Shown in pieces: positions 55,062 to 62,999 of a DNA stretch of 64,000 nucleotides. The DNA is taken from assembly GCA_040757175.1 (NCBI GenBank), contig JBFLXM010000032.1, positions 7,448-71,447 on the forward strand, given 5' to 3'. Below the pieces are notes generated by a model. That model saw nothing but the letters and a program-made list of their open reading frames with translations. It did no database searches and was not told the origin of the DNA. How positions within the stretch are numbered: the first letter of the stretch is position 1; the number at the start of each line of letters is the position of its first letter. The DNA comes from Thermodesulfobacteriota bacterium. GTDB taxonomy: Bacteria > Desulfobacterota > Desulfobaccia > Desulfobaccales > 0-14-0-80-60-11. A program made the translations under genes and the position numbers.

Positions 55062-55154
55062 TGGCGGAGAGAGAGGGATTCGAACCCTCGGAGCACTTAT
55101 TAGGCACTCACACGATTTCCAATCGTGCCCCTTCAGCCTCTCGGGCATCTCTCC
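55062..55154 (-). tRNA. tRNA-Ser (anticodon GGA), class II with a long variable arm, CCA encoded
   Basis: The reverse complement reads GGAGAGATGCCCGAGAGGCTGAAGGGGCACGATTGGAAATCGTGTGAGTGCCTAATAAGTGCTCCGAGGGTTCGAATCCCTCTCTCTCCGCCA. Anticodon arm CACGA-TTGGAAA-TCGTG; T-arm GAGGG-TTCGAAT-CCCTC. Confidence 0.9.
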
Positions 55155-55210
55155 GCAAGGATGAACTTGGATTATCACACGGCGGCACAGGCGTCTCGCC
55201 TGCGCAGTAT

Positions 55211-55543
55211 GGTGGGCCATGCCCACCCTACAACTGCTCTGAAAATGTCCTTCGTAGGGCGCGTCTCACGCGCCATAATGGTGCGTAGGACGCACCCTAC
55301 AACAATTTTCATCCTTCTGGGTGTTCCCTTGGAACATGAATTGCTCGTTCCCAAGCTTGGCTTGGGAACGGTGATTATCCGTCCAAGCTTTGCTTGGACA
55401 CCTTATATTATATACCCGGCTTTAATCCGCTTAACCAGAAAATTGACAATAAAGGGTTGGAGCGCACCAAAATGGCGGGCCAGGCCCGCCCCACACCGCT
55501 GTCCACAAATAACTAAGCAGCGGGCGAGGACGCCCGCCCTACG
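55211..55543. repeat. Cluster of REP-type hairpins from at least four families (BIME-like)
   Basis: The cluster contains seven hairpins: ggtgggccatgcccaccctac (55211-), gtagggcgcgtctcacgcgcc (55254-), ggtgcgtaggacgcaccctac (55280-), gttcccaagcttggcttgggaac (55347-), gtccaagctttgcttggac (55381-), ggcgggccaggcccgcc (55474-) and gcgggcgaggacgcccgccctac (55520-). Confidence 0.8.
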
Positions 55544-55560
55544 CCCCCGGCTCCTGCCTC

Positions 55561-55737
55561 CTATTTCTCCGGTTTGGGCACCAGGACCTCGTAATCCTTC
55601 CTCTTCTCCGGCGGCAGGTCGTTATATTCCTCTTCGGTGATAATACAATCCAGGGGGAGGGAGCCCATGTCCTCCCGGTAGGTGTTCTTCTCCCCCAGGT
55701 AGATTTCGCAATTTTTATTGATATAGGTGAGTCCCAT
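55561..55737 (-). CDS. Hypothetical small protein (58 aa; below the track cutoff)
   Basis: My translation is MGLTYINKNCEIYLGEKNTYREDMGSLPLDCIITEEEYNDLPPEKRKDYEVLVPKPEK*. GGAGG lies 6 nt upstream of the ATG. No family recognised. Confidence 0.45.
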   Translation of the reverse strand: MGLTYINKNCEIYLGEKNTYREDMGSLPLDCIITEEEYNDLPPEKRKDYEVLVPKPEK

Positions 55738-55764
55738 GCGGACCTCCGGTGGTTTCCGGTCTTT

Positions 55765-55797
55765 TACTGATCACTGACCACTGACCACTGATCACTG
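55765..55797. repeat. Heptamer tandem array (ACTGACC type)
   Basis: tactgatcactgaccactgaccactgatcactg, immediately left of the tRNA-fragment/att candidate. Confidence 0.88.
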
Positions 55798-55803
55798 TAT
55801 TTA

Positions 55804-55835
55804 TGGCGGAGGGGGTGGGATTCGAACCCACGCCA
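55804..55835 (-). other. tRNA 3'-end fragment (T-arm, acceptor 3' strand and CCA): candidate att site of the integrase island
   Basis: The reverse complement reads GGCGTGGGTTCGAATCCCACCCCCTCCGCCA. No matching 5' acceptor strand (GGAGGGG) or anticodon arm exists upstream, and the integrase stop lies 7 nt away. Confidence 0.6.
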
Positions 55836-55841
55836 TAAGCA

Positions 55842-57065
55842 TCATTTATTCTTAAAATCCAATAGCTTGGCTTTCTTATTTTTTGTCTTGGGGCTACTTT
55901 GGGGATAGTCGGGGCGATCCCAGTAAGATTTCAACTTCTCGGTGCAAACTTCTAGATAGCGCGCAGTGGTGCGTGGGTCTTTGTGTCCCATCATTTCCTG
56001 GATGATTTTCAGGTCCACCCCGGCATTAATGGCCTGGGAACCTCCCGAATGCTTGGTTCCTTGATAAAGGCTGATCTTAATCCCTGCTCTGGCGGTAGCA
56101 CGTCTCCAATAGTCTTGAACTGTATTTTCCTTGAGGGGTTCCCCCCGATAGGTAAAGACATAACCGCTCAAGGCCCGGGTGGGAATAGCTTCCATGGCTG
56201 CTCTTACTTCCGGATGTATGGGCAGGGTCCGAATATCCCGGGTCTTAGTATGTTCCCGGAATACCCCTTCGTCCATGGCTGCATCAATTCTAACCAGATT
56301 GCGCTCGAAATTTATCCGGTCCCATTTAAGGGCTCTGGCCTCGTTGGGCCGGCAAGCTTGTCTCATCAAGAAGAGGAAGAGAGCCCGGTAAACCGGATCA
56401 TGTACTTCGGCCAGGATGAGCGCCTGGTCTTCCTCATCGATCCACTTGATTGGGGGAATGACAAATTTTATTACCGGGAACTCAGGAAAGCGTTGAATGT
56501 CCCCAGCGCGCAGAGCATCCCGGAGGATTTTATGAAGCAAGCCAAAGATATTTTTTTTTGTTTTGGCGCTCAAACTCCGGGGTAGCTGGCGGCGAAATTT
56601 TTCAAGCTGCCCGTCTTCAATTTCCCTGATATTCATGCCGCCAAAAAATGGCAGCAAGTGATTGCGGGCATAAGACTCCGCCCCTTTTAAATACGATCTG
56701 GAAATGCCCTCAGGCAAATCAATTTCCTCGGCCCGCCAGGCAAACCAGGTCCGTACATAATTTTCAAATTTCAGCTTATTCAGGTCCCGGCGCACATAAT
56801 TCTTGGGGTCGAAACGGAACTTCCCTTTGCTTTTCTGATCCCGGTCGATCTCGTGACGGATGTGGGTCAACAAGCGGTCAGCCTGTTCCCATGAACTTAA
56901 GGAGTAGCCATCTTCGTCGGAATAGAGTTTGTGCTGCTTTTTCCAATAGAAATCAATATAGTATCGGGTGGGGATGGTTTTGCAGGCGGGACAGGTTAAA
57001 GGCTCTCCCTGGAAACGTCCCTTACACTGCGGACATTTCTCCTTGGTGCGAATGATCCCGAGCAT
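55842..57065 (-). CDS. Tyrosine recombinase / phage-type integrase with an N-terminal Cys4 zinc ribbon
   Basis: C-terminal catalytic region (..GTKHSGGSQAINAGVDLKIIQEMMGHKDPRTTARYLEV, the HxxR..Y pattern). N-terminal CPQCKG..CPACKT. The start could be 57065 or 57101. Confidence 0.9.
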   Translation of the reverse strand: MLGIIRTKEKCPQCKGRFQGEPLTCPACKTIPTRYYIDFYWKKQHKLYSDEDGYSLSSWEQADRLLTHIRHEIDRDQKSKGKFRFDPKNYVRRDLNKLKFENYVRTWFAWRAEEIDLPEGISRSYLKGAESYARNHLLPFFGGMNIREIEDGQLEKFRRQLPRSLSAKTKKNIFGLLHKILRDALRAGDIQRFPEFPVIKFVIPPIKWIDEEDQALILAEVHDPVYRALFLFLMRQACRPNEARALKWDRINFERNLVRIDAAMDEGVFREHTKTRDIRTLPIHPEVRAAMEAIPTRALSGYVFTYRGEPLKENTVQDYWRRATARAGIKISLYQGTKHSGGSQAINAGVDLKIIQEMMGHKDPRTTARYLEVCTEKLKSYWDRPDYPQSSPKTKNKKAKLLDFKNK

Positions 57066-57306
57066 GGAAAGATTATAGGGAAGAGGGTGTTCCAAGTGCA
57101 ACCTTTTTCGTCAAAAGTCCTAACTTAGGTTGAGAGTTGAGGGTCTATTTGGGGGGTCTTTTCCTTGAGTAAGGGGTTACCTCCCACCCCCCCTGCGGTG
57201 CAGGTTTTTGCCCAGCCGATAGGTGTAACTCTCTTACAACGCAGACTAATCGCGATTAATCAAATACGGAAAAGAGTTATGGAAAAGAGGGATAAATGAG
57301 GTGGTG

Positions 57307-57738
57307 TTAACGAGGAGCGCTTAAGAGTTGCGGAGAAAGATTCAGGTCGATTATACCCAGTTTATGGAGGATTTTTTCTCGAGCCAGGAGATATATCGGC
57401 GCTGCCGATAGATAAGCGCCTGAGGCTCCTTCCTCGGCCAGGTGTAATCTGACCGGGGTCCACCACCAGGCGGCCAAGGCCAGAAGCAGCTCTGTCCCAA
57501 GCCGGGCGACTGGATCCATCAGAAGGCTTAAGCCCAGGAATATCCCAAGCACCGCGGCCCCCATAGAGCCGGGAGGACCACTTACCACTATAAGCATCAC
57601 ACCCAGGCCTACGACGACCGGCATAGACCAACCGTCGAGCTTATTAAGCAGGGCCAGCCGCGCTCTGATATATGGCAAGTATGGGAATGGTAAAAACATA
57701 TCGAACTTTCTGTTAACAGAGCGAAGATCAGATGTCAA
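57307..57738 (-). CDS. Hypothetical membrane protein
   Basis: 143 aa with three hydrophobic stretches (VVVGLGVMLIVV, AAVLGIFLGLSLL, LLLALAAWWW). No family recognised. Confidence 0.35.
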   Translation of the reverse strand: MTSDLRSVNRKFDMFLPFPYLPYIRARLALLNKLDGWSMPVVVGLGVMLIVVSGPPGSMGAAVLGIFLGLSLLMDPVARLGTELLLALAAWWWTPVRLHLAEEGASGAYLSAAPIYLLAREKILHKLGIIDLNLSPQLLSAPR

Positions 57739-58659
57739 GACATTTTATCATTTATTATAATTTATTGAGAAAAGGTCGCATAAGGCTAAAAAAAAAGAGG
57801 ATCGATTTTACAAGCCTATCGGCTATTGTTATTTATAGAAGTCAGGAGGCAGCTTCCATAGCAACTCCAGGCTTTCTCCGGTTTATTTGTTGTAAATGCC
57901 AGAAAATGCCAGGAGTACCCTCTCCGGAAGCTTCATTTTTCTCTCCAGCTTTTTTACTTAATTTTATCCAATGCTTACATGATCACAATTTAGCTGATTT
58001 GCCTATCCTCGCTTTTTCATGCTTTTACCTTATTGCTTACGGACAAGGGGGTGCTATATCCGTTGTAGGTGACAAATTTTCATTTTCATCAGTTTTTGCT
58101 CACGCTTACCCCTTAATAAACGGATATGAGGGTGCAAATCCCGGCAACGGATATGGGGTTTCTCGATCTACTGATGATCCCAGCCTATGCCTGAAAAAGG
58201 AACCGGCTCAAAGGCTCCGGAGACCAGCAACCCCAATACCTACAATTCCACCGGGTCAACACCAGCCCGTTTATGCCTATGCGGTATCCACCCGCACGGC
58301 CGAGGACGCCTTGAGGATACAGCTGGGGTGGAGTTTGATTAGATTGTTCGATGGATTTGGCAGGCTGATCTGCTGAAATGATTGGGGGCACGGGAAAATT
58401 CTAAATATGTACAGAGTCTTATTTCTATCTATGATAAGCATAACATAACCAAAAAGCCTGATGATGAAGTGCGCAGATAGAGCAGCTATTCAACTATGAG
58501 CGCAGACGAAAACTGGTGTCATCGAAACTATCCCCTCCGGATGGTCATTTTGTGAAAACGGGGAGATTGTTCATCCTCTCCTCTCCTTATTTTTGTCCAA
58601 CGTACGCATAAACCTCGGCGAGCCTGCCTTAGTGTTCTATGCGCTGCTTCGATGTTGCC

Positions 58660-59121
58660 TTACCTTCTTATCGCCTGCAAAGCGTACTTGGCCAGTTGTT
58701 TGTGCAGGTCGGACTCTTTCGGATCATCAACAAGAGCCTGTAATGCAGGGATGGCTTCGCTTGCCTTATGGCCGATGAGTTCGAGTGTCATTATCGCGTT
58801 CGCACCCATTTCTCCGGCAGGACCACTGCCTTGAGCCGTTGATCTGATGACCTTGACGAGAGATGGAACTGCGGGTGCACCGATCCTGACGAGTGCTTCA
58901 TGCGCACCCTGCGAGATGTTAGACCCGAGTTCGCCAACAGTCTGGGAGATCATCTCGTTGGAGGCATGCTGAATTCGGTAGTTGACGTTCTGGGCAGTGA
59001 TTGAGTCGAAGGCGTCTTCAATCTGCGCGTCTACTTTCTTCCAGGCTATCGATTTCTTCCCCGTACGTGACGAGGCAGAGGTTTCACTTTGTGCAAACAA
59101 ACGTTTCAGCCATGCGAACAT
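58660..59121 (-). CDS. HEAT-repeat protein (153 aa)
   Basis: C-terminal half with HEAT/PBS-lyase-like repeats (AVPSLVKVIRS.., AIPALQALVDDPKESDLHKQLAKYALQAI). The N-terminal MFAWLKRLFAQS tag is shared with the upstream gene. Confidence 0.55.
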   Translation of the reverse strand: MFAWLKRLFAQSETSASSRTGKKSIAWKKVDAQIEDAFDSITAQNVNYRIQHASNEMISQTVGELGSNISQGAHEALVRIGAPAVPSLVKVIRSTAQGSGPAGEMGANAIMTLELIGHKASEAIPALQALVDDPKESDLHKQLAKYALQAIRR

Positions 59122-59145
59122 TTTAGATTCCCCCTTTTGAAAGGC

Positions 59146-59421
59146 TTAGCCTTTCATTTTCAAGAACTGACTCACGCAAGGTTTATGAACATCGACAATG
59201 GTCTCTTTGCCAAAGACAGTTGTCTTGACCGCCTTAGTGTCACTTGCGCGACAGTAGTATTCTCCGCAAAGGCGGCATTTCCTTGCGCCATGGCTGTCAC
59301 TGCCACAGACCTTACATGGTGCGGCATCTAATGCGGCGAATTCGGAGAAGTTGCCCCTGCGTGACCCTGGTTCACTTGAGTCCCGGGAGTCCGCAAAAAG
59401 AAATTTGATCCACCGAAGCAT
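59146..59421 (-). CDS. Small zinc-ribbon protein (91 aa from the ATG at 59421)
   Basis: CKVCGSDSHGARKCRLCGEYYC. An AAGGAGAG RBS lies 7 nt upstream of the ATG at 59421. N-terminal MLRWIKFLFADS tag. Confidence 0.5.
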   Translation of the reverse strand: MLRWIKFLFADSRDSSEPGSRRGNFSEFAALDAAPCKVCGSDSHGARKCRLCGEYYCRASDTKAVKTTVFGKETIVDVHKPCVSQFLKMKG

Positions 59422-59538
59422 TTTAGTCTCTCCTTTCCTTCTTCGAACGTCAGGGGTGAGCAGATGGTGAGCCGCACAGAGAGTCATCGCTTGACTACAC
59501 AGGCTTTAAGGGCGCGTCGTCTACATGGCTTTTTTCGG

Positions 59539-59679
59539 CTACTTCTTCCATGCAATTTTCCGTATAACACCATTGTAACCCCATACGATATCAAGATCAT
59601 CTTCATGTTCCAGTTCCCGAAGAACTCTCGTATATTCTGACTGGATTTCGCTGGCACACCCTGGCAGCACTTCTTTCAA
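59539..59679 (-). CDS. Possible 46-aa ORF (TTG start) between the DUF4062-like and Zn-ribbon genes
   Basis: My translation is (M)KEVLPGCASEIQSEYTRVLRELEHEDDLDIVWGYNGVIRKIAWKK*. The composition is protein-like, but the RBS is weak and the start is non-ATG. Confidence 0.2.
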   Translation of the reverse strand: MKEVLPGCASEIQSEYTRVLRELEHEDDLDIVWGYNGVIRKIAWKK

Positions 59680-59726
59680 GTAATCTTTACAATGTCAGAA
59701 TATGTGATTTATCCAATACTTCCTCT

Positions 59727-60587
59727 TCATTGCTGGGAGCGATTCTGCCATGCCACAAAAATGCGGCCCTCAATTGGCTTAGATTTCTCCGATAGGTCGC
59801 CGGGCTCGGGGATGAAAAAACGGTTTTTGTCAGCTATCTCTAATACAAGGCGGCGAGCGCGAAATTGCGCTTCAAGCTTTGCACGAGTGTATTTCCTCTC
59901 CCAAAAGTACATGACATCGCCTTCCTCGAATCTTAGATGAGGATTGACAATCCAATTTTGAAACATGCCGACGGCGTTTGCAATATCTCTAACCTCATTT
60001 ATCCCTGGAACCTTTCCTGCGACGTTCGGATCGGTCGGCATTTTTTCCGCCTCCGAGACGATGACCGGTTCTGGTGGGGAGAAATACCCGACCTCCCTTT
60101 CAAAGAGTGAGCATAATAGTTCTAGTTGCTTCAGGAGCGATAATTCCAGCTGGGCCATATTTCTGAATACATTGTAAAATTGCCCATCGCCTTCAATCTG
60201 TTGTCTCATCTTCTGAATATCGAGGATGGCCTTATCGATCAAATGAATCGCTACGCGGGCATGTTTAAAGTACACAAGTATATGGCGAGGATTATGGCCT
60301 TCCCTGAAATTATTATAGGCGAAATCGAACTCCTGCTTAGTGAAACGACCAACCTTTTTATGGAAAAGCACAATCATCGCGTCGCATTCAAGTATCTCGG
60401 CGTTGAATCTAGCTTGCACACCGTCCGGTCCAAAAATGAGCAGAAGCTCCTCCCATCGAACTACCTCCAGAAAGAAGCCCTTATCGATGACTGTCGAGTT
60501 CTTTCTCTGAATTACGCGTTCGACCAGATCACGTTCCCCCGCAAGTTCGTTGGACGATGCCAGAAATAATCGCTTCTTAAGAATCAT
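59727..60587 (-). CDS. DUF4062-like (TIR/flavodoxin-like fold) N-terminal domain protein with an unknown C-terminal half
   Basis: RLFLASSNELAGERDLVERVI and ECDAMIVLFHKKVGRFTKQEFDFA parallel the remembered DUF4062 consensus (FISSTF.DL..ER ... CDIFIGIIG.RYG..TE.E). A GAGGAGAA RBS follows a 21-nt gap after the GT2 gene. Confidence 0.5.
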   Translation of the reverse strand: MILKKRLFLASSNELAGERDLVERVIQRKNSTVIDKGFFLEVVRWEELLLIFGPDGVQARFNAEILECDAMIVLFHKKVGRFTKQEFDFAYNNFREGHNPRHILVYFKHARVAIHLIDKAILDIQKMRQQIEGDGQFYNVFRNMAQLELSLLKQLELLCSLFEREVGYFSPPEPVIVSEAEKMPTDPNVAGKVPGINEVRDIANAVGMFQNWIVNPHLRFEEGDVMYFWERKYTRAKLEAQFRARRLVLEIADKNRFFIPEPGDLSEKSKPIEGRIFVAWQNRSQQ

Positions 60588-60608
60588 CGGCTTTTCTCCT
60601 CTTCATAG

Positions 60609-61481
60609 CTACGCCTGGTCAGAGAAACCTGCCGCAATGGCCGGAATCTGCGGCAAGTTGTTTTCTTCGAGGAAGAAGCGAAGCAGACTCCGTCTTCCAG
60701 ACCATGCAGTTGGGAATTTCTGTCTGAAGTAGCGCACATTTCGATCTAAAGTGTCCAGTCGCTCATCCCAATTTGTTGGGTGATCCAGATGGTATGCAGC
60801 CCCATGCTTGCGATGGGGGTAGACGAAGCTCAGTCCGTTAAGATGCAGGCGGTAGGCAAGTTCCAGGTCTTCTTCGCCCCAGCCGAGGAAGCTCTCATCC
60901 CATCCACCGACATCCTCAACTTCATGGCGTTCGATACTTGTGCAGTGGCTTGCACAAAGAACCCAGATATTCGTTTTTTTCCCTCGTAGTCTTCTGGGAA
61001 GCGGCCGTGTGTCGATGCCGCAGTGTTTTGTTACAAACGGACCAAGTCTTGGAAGGTCCTGGGAAATGACCAGCGGTGCGAGGAGGCCAATCGACGCTGT
61101 GTGATCTTGCTCTGGGATGCTGTAGACAGGATATTTGACGACCACCTTACGATGTCTCGCGTGTAGATGGATCGCCGCTCGGATGATGCGAGGCTCAGGG
61201 ACTATATCACCGTCGAGATAAAGGGTCACTTGTCCATGAGCGACTTGATGCCCAAGGTTTCGTGCCATGGCTCGACGACCTGGTTCGCCCTCGCCCAGAC
61301 GGATGTAACGTGCGCCGAATGTTTCGACAATAGGGGCGATGTCTTCGGCGGAGGCGTCATCAACGCAAATGATTTCCAGTCCAGCGCATTCGGACGCGCG
61401 GAGAGCGCGCAAAATCCACGGTAAGACTCGCTGGTTGTTGTGGCATGGAATGATGACTGAGATTGAATGCATGCACATCAC
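60609..61481 (-). CDS. Family 2 glycosyltransferase
   Basis: ISVIIPCHNN..LEIICVDDAS..YLDGD, the GT-A DxD architecture. Confidence 0.85.
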   Translation of the reverse strand: MMCMHSISVIIPCHNNQRVLPWILRALRASECAGLEIICVDDASAEDIAPIVETFGARYIRLGEGEPGRRAMARNLGHQVAHGQVTLYLDGDIVPEPRIIRAAIHLHARHRKVVVKYPVYSIPEQDHTASIGLLAPLVISQDLPRLGPFVTKHCGIDTRPLPRRLRGKKTNIWVLCASHCTSIERHEVEDVGGWDESFLGWGEEDLELAYRLHLNGLSFVYPHRKHGAAYHLDHPTNWDERLDTLDRNVRYFRQKFPTAWSGRRSLLRFFLEENNLPQIPAIAAGFSDQA

Positions 61482-61808
61482 CTGTGCGGGTTTGTCAGGG
61501 CAGCTAACAATCCGAGTCTATCGATGACGGCATATTAACACAAGTTTCTTTGAAAGAACAATTTTTCCCTGAATTCCAGGAGATAGCATAATCCCACAAT
61601 CCATCAGTCAGTCGATTTTGGCAATGCCTTTTGGGGGCTTAAATTAGGGCCGTCAGTAGATGATAACTTGCCAATTGTTGGAATTATCGACGGGGAGACA
61701 AGAAATCCTGGTATGATCACCTTATAGAAACCTCACACTCCACTTTCGCAATTTCAATCGTCAGAAACTCTTAAAAATATAAGTCTTTTTTTTCATCATA
61801 AAATATGA

Positions 61809-61902
61809 TTTCACCAAACGGTGAAAATATCATAATTAGTGAAAATGAGATTGACAGGAATAGATTTTCACTATAGATTTAATTTTCAGCAAATGGTGAA
61901 AA
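61809..61902. promoter_or_regulatory. Promoter region with five GTGAAAA/TTTTCAC operator-like heptads upstream of the AbiE-like pair
   Basis: TTTCACC-aaac-GGTGAAA inverted repeat (61809-61826); GTGAAAA (61839-45); TTGACA (61851-56), then 17 nt, then TAGATT, with TTTTCAC (61865-71) in the spacer; GTGAAAA (61896-902) just before the ATG. Confidence 0.45.
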
Positions 61903-61913
61903 GGTTGTTTTAA

Positions 61914-62999
61914 ATGAAATTATCTGAACGGGAACTATTCGAACTGGTAGAAGAGGCTCTTTCTTCCTGCCTGGCAAAGGTCCCTTTCCTCAAGATACGA
62001 GATATCGAACAGGAGTCCGCTCAAGAAGCTGCCAGGCCGGATTTTTTAATCACCCTGGAGGTCCCGGCAGGCACCCAAACTTTTGTAGTTGAAGTTAAAA
62101 ACGCCGGTCAGCCACGAGTGGCTAGGGATGCGGTAAATCAACTCCTGCGATTTTCCCAAGCATTTCCCCAAGCTTTTCCTGTCTTCATTGCTCCTTACAT
62201 TTCTCCAAAAGCAGCGGAAATCTGTGAACAGGCAGGAGTCGGATACCTAGACTTTTCCGGCAACTGCCGCCTTTGCTTTCAGGAGGTCTATATTGAAAAA
62301 ACGGGCAACCCCAATATTTTTTCCGAGAAGAGAGACCTGCGTTCGCTCTATTCTCCAAAAGCGGAAAACGTTCTGCGTGTACTCCTGACAACTCCCCTAA
62401 AGGCTTGGAAAATTCAGGAACTGGCCGATGAGGCCGGGGTGAGTGTTGGCCAGGTTGCCAAGGTAAAAAACCTCCTGCTCAACCGTGAGTGCCTCAGCGA
62501 AGCCGATGGTATGGTCCTGTCCAAACCGGAAGAGCTTCTGTCTGAGTGGGCCAAGAATTATAATTTCCGCAAAAACCGGGTGAGAGACTTTTATTCTCTG
62601 AAAAGTGTCTCGGAAATAGAATTCGCTTTGGCCAACTTATGCAAATCAGAGAAGTTGACCTATGCCCTGACGTCCTTCTCCGGAGCAGCCAGGCTGGCTC
62701 CTGCGGTGCGTTATCAGCGCGTTTTTGCCTATTTGGAAGAGACGGAAAAGGATGTGGCCGGCTTACTTAACTTGAAAGAAGTGCCCAGCGGCGCCAATAT
62801 CAGCCTGTTGACCCCCTATGATGAAGGGATTTTTTACGGCAGTAAAGATATTAACGGTATCCGTATCGCTTCCCCCATTCAGATTTATCTTGATCTGAAA
62901 ACTTACCGCGGCCGGGGTGAGGAAGCAGCCGACATGCTTCTTGAGCAGGTGATCAGGAAAAGATGGCAACAAGAACAGATTACAATGAAATTGCTGTAA
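61914..62999 (+). CDS. AbiEi-like antitoxin/regulator with an N-terminal PD-(D/E)xK-like domain
   Basis: N-terminus: ..ARPDFLITLEV..FVVEVKNAG..NQL, a D..EVK nuclease-fold pattern. Middle: wHTH (WKIQELADEAGVSVGQVAKVKNLL). C-terminus: ..GIRIASPIQIYLDLKTYRGRGEEAADMLLEQV, resembling AbiEi C-terminal domains. It overlaps the next gene by 37 nt. Confidence 0.5.
   Translation: MKLSERELFELVEEALSSCLAKVPFLKIRDIEQESAQEAARPDFLITLEVPAGTQTFVVEVKNAGQPRVARDAVNQLLRFSQAFPQAFPVFIAPYISPKAAEICEQAGVGYLDFSGNCRLCFQEVYIEKTGNPNIFSEKRDLRSLYSPKAENVLRVLLTTPLKAWKIQELADEAGVSVGQVAKVKNLLLNRECLSEADGMVLSKPEELLSEWAKNYNFRKNRVRDFYSLKSVSEIEFALANLCKSEKLTYALTSFSGAARLAPAVRYQRVFAYLEETEKDVAGLLNLKEVPSGANISLLTPYDEGIFYGSKDINGIRIASPIQIYLDLKTYRGRGEEAADMLLEQVIRKRWQQEQITMKLL

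Noticed and set aside
55804-55890. A complete tRNA gene overlapping the 3' end of the integrase ORF
   Set aside because: Only the T-arm, acceptor 3' strand and CCA are present. The upstream 55 nt contain no complementary 5' acceptor strand (GGAGGGG), D-arm or anticodon stem. It is called a fragment/att candidate instead.
57732-58376. 214-aa plus-strand ORF in the island (MSRHFIIYYNLLRKGRIRLKKK..), and the 68-aa minus ORF at 58185-58391
   Set aside because: No RBS, no recognisable motif, and a heterogeneous composition. It overlaps the start of the divergent membrane-protein ORF. It cannot be supported or excluded from sequence alone, so it is not called.
58545-58590. Very strong SD (AAGGAGAGGAGAGG) followed by a 9-codon minus-strand mini-ORF (MNNLPVFTK*) downstream of the HEAT gene
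   Set aside because: Too short to call, with no conserved context available. Noted only as a possible leader peptide or remnant.
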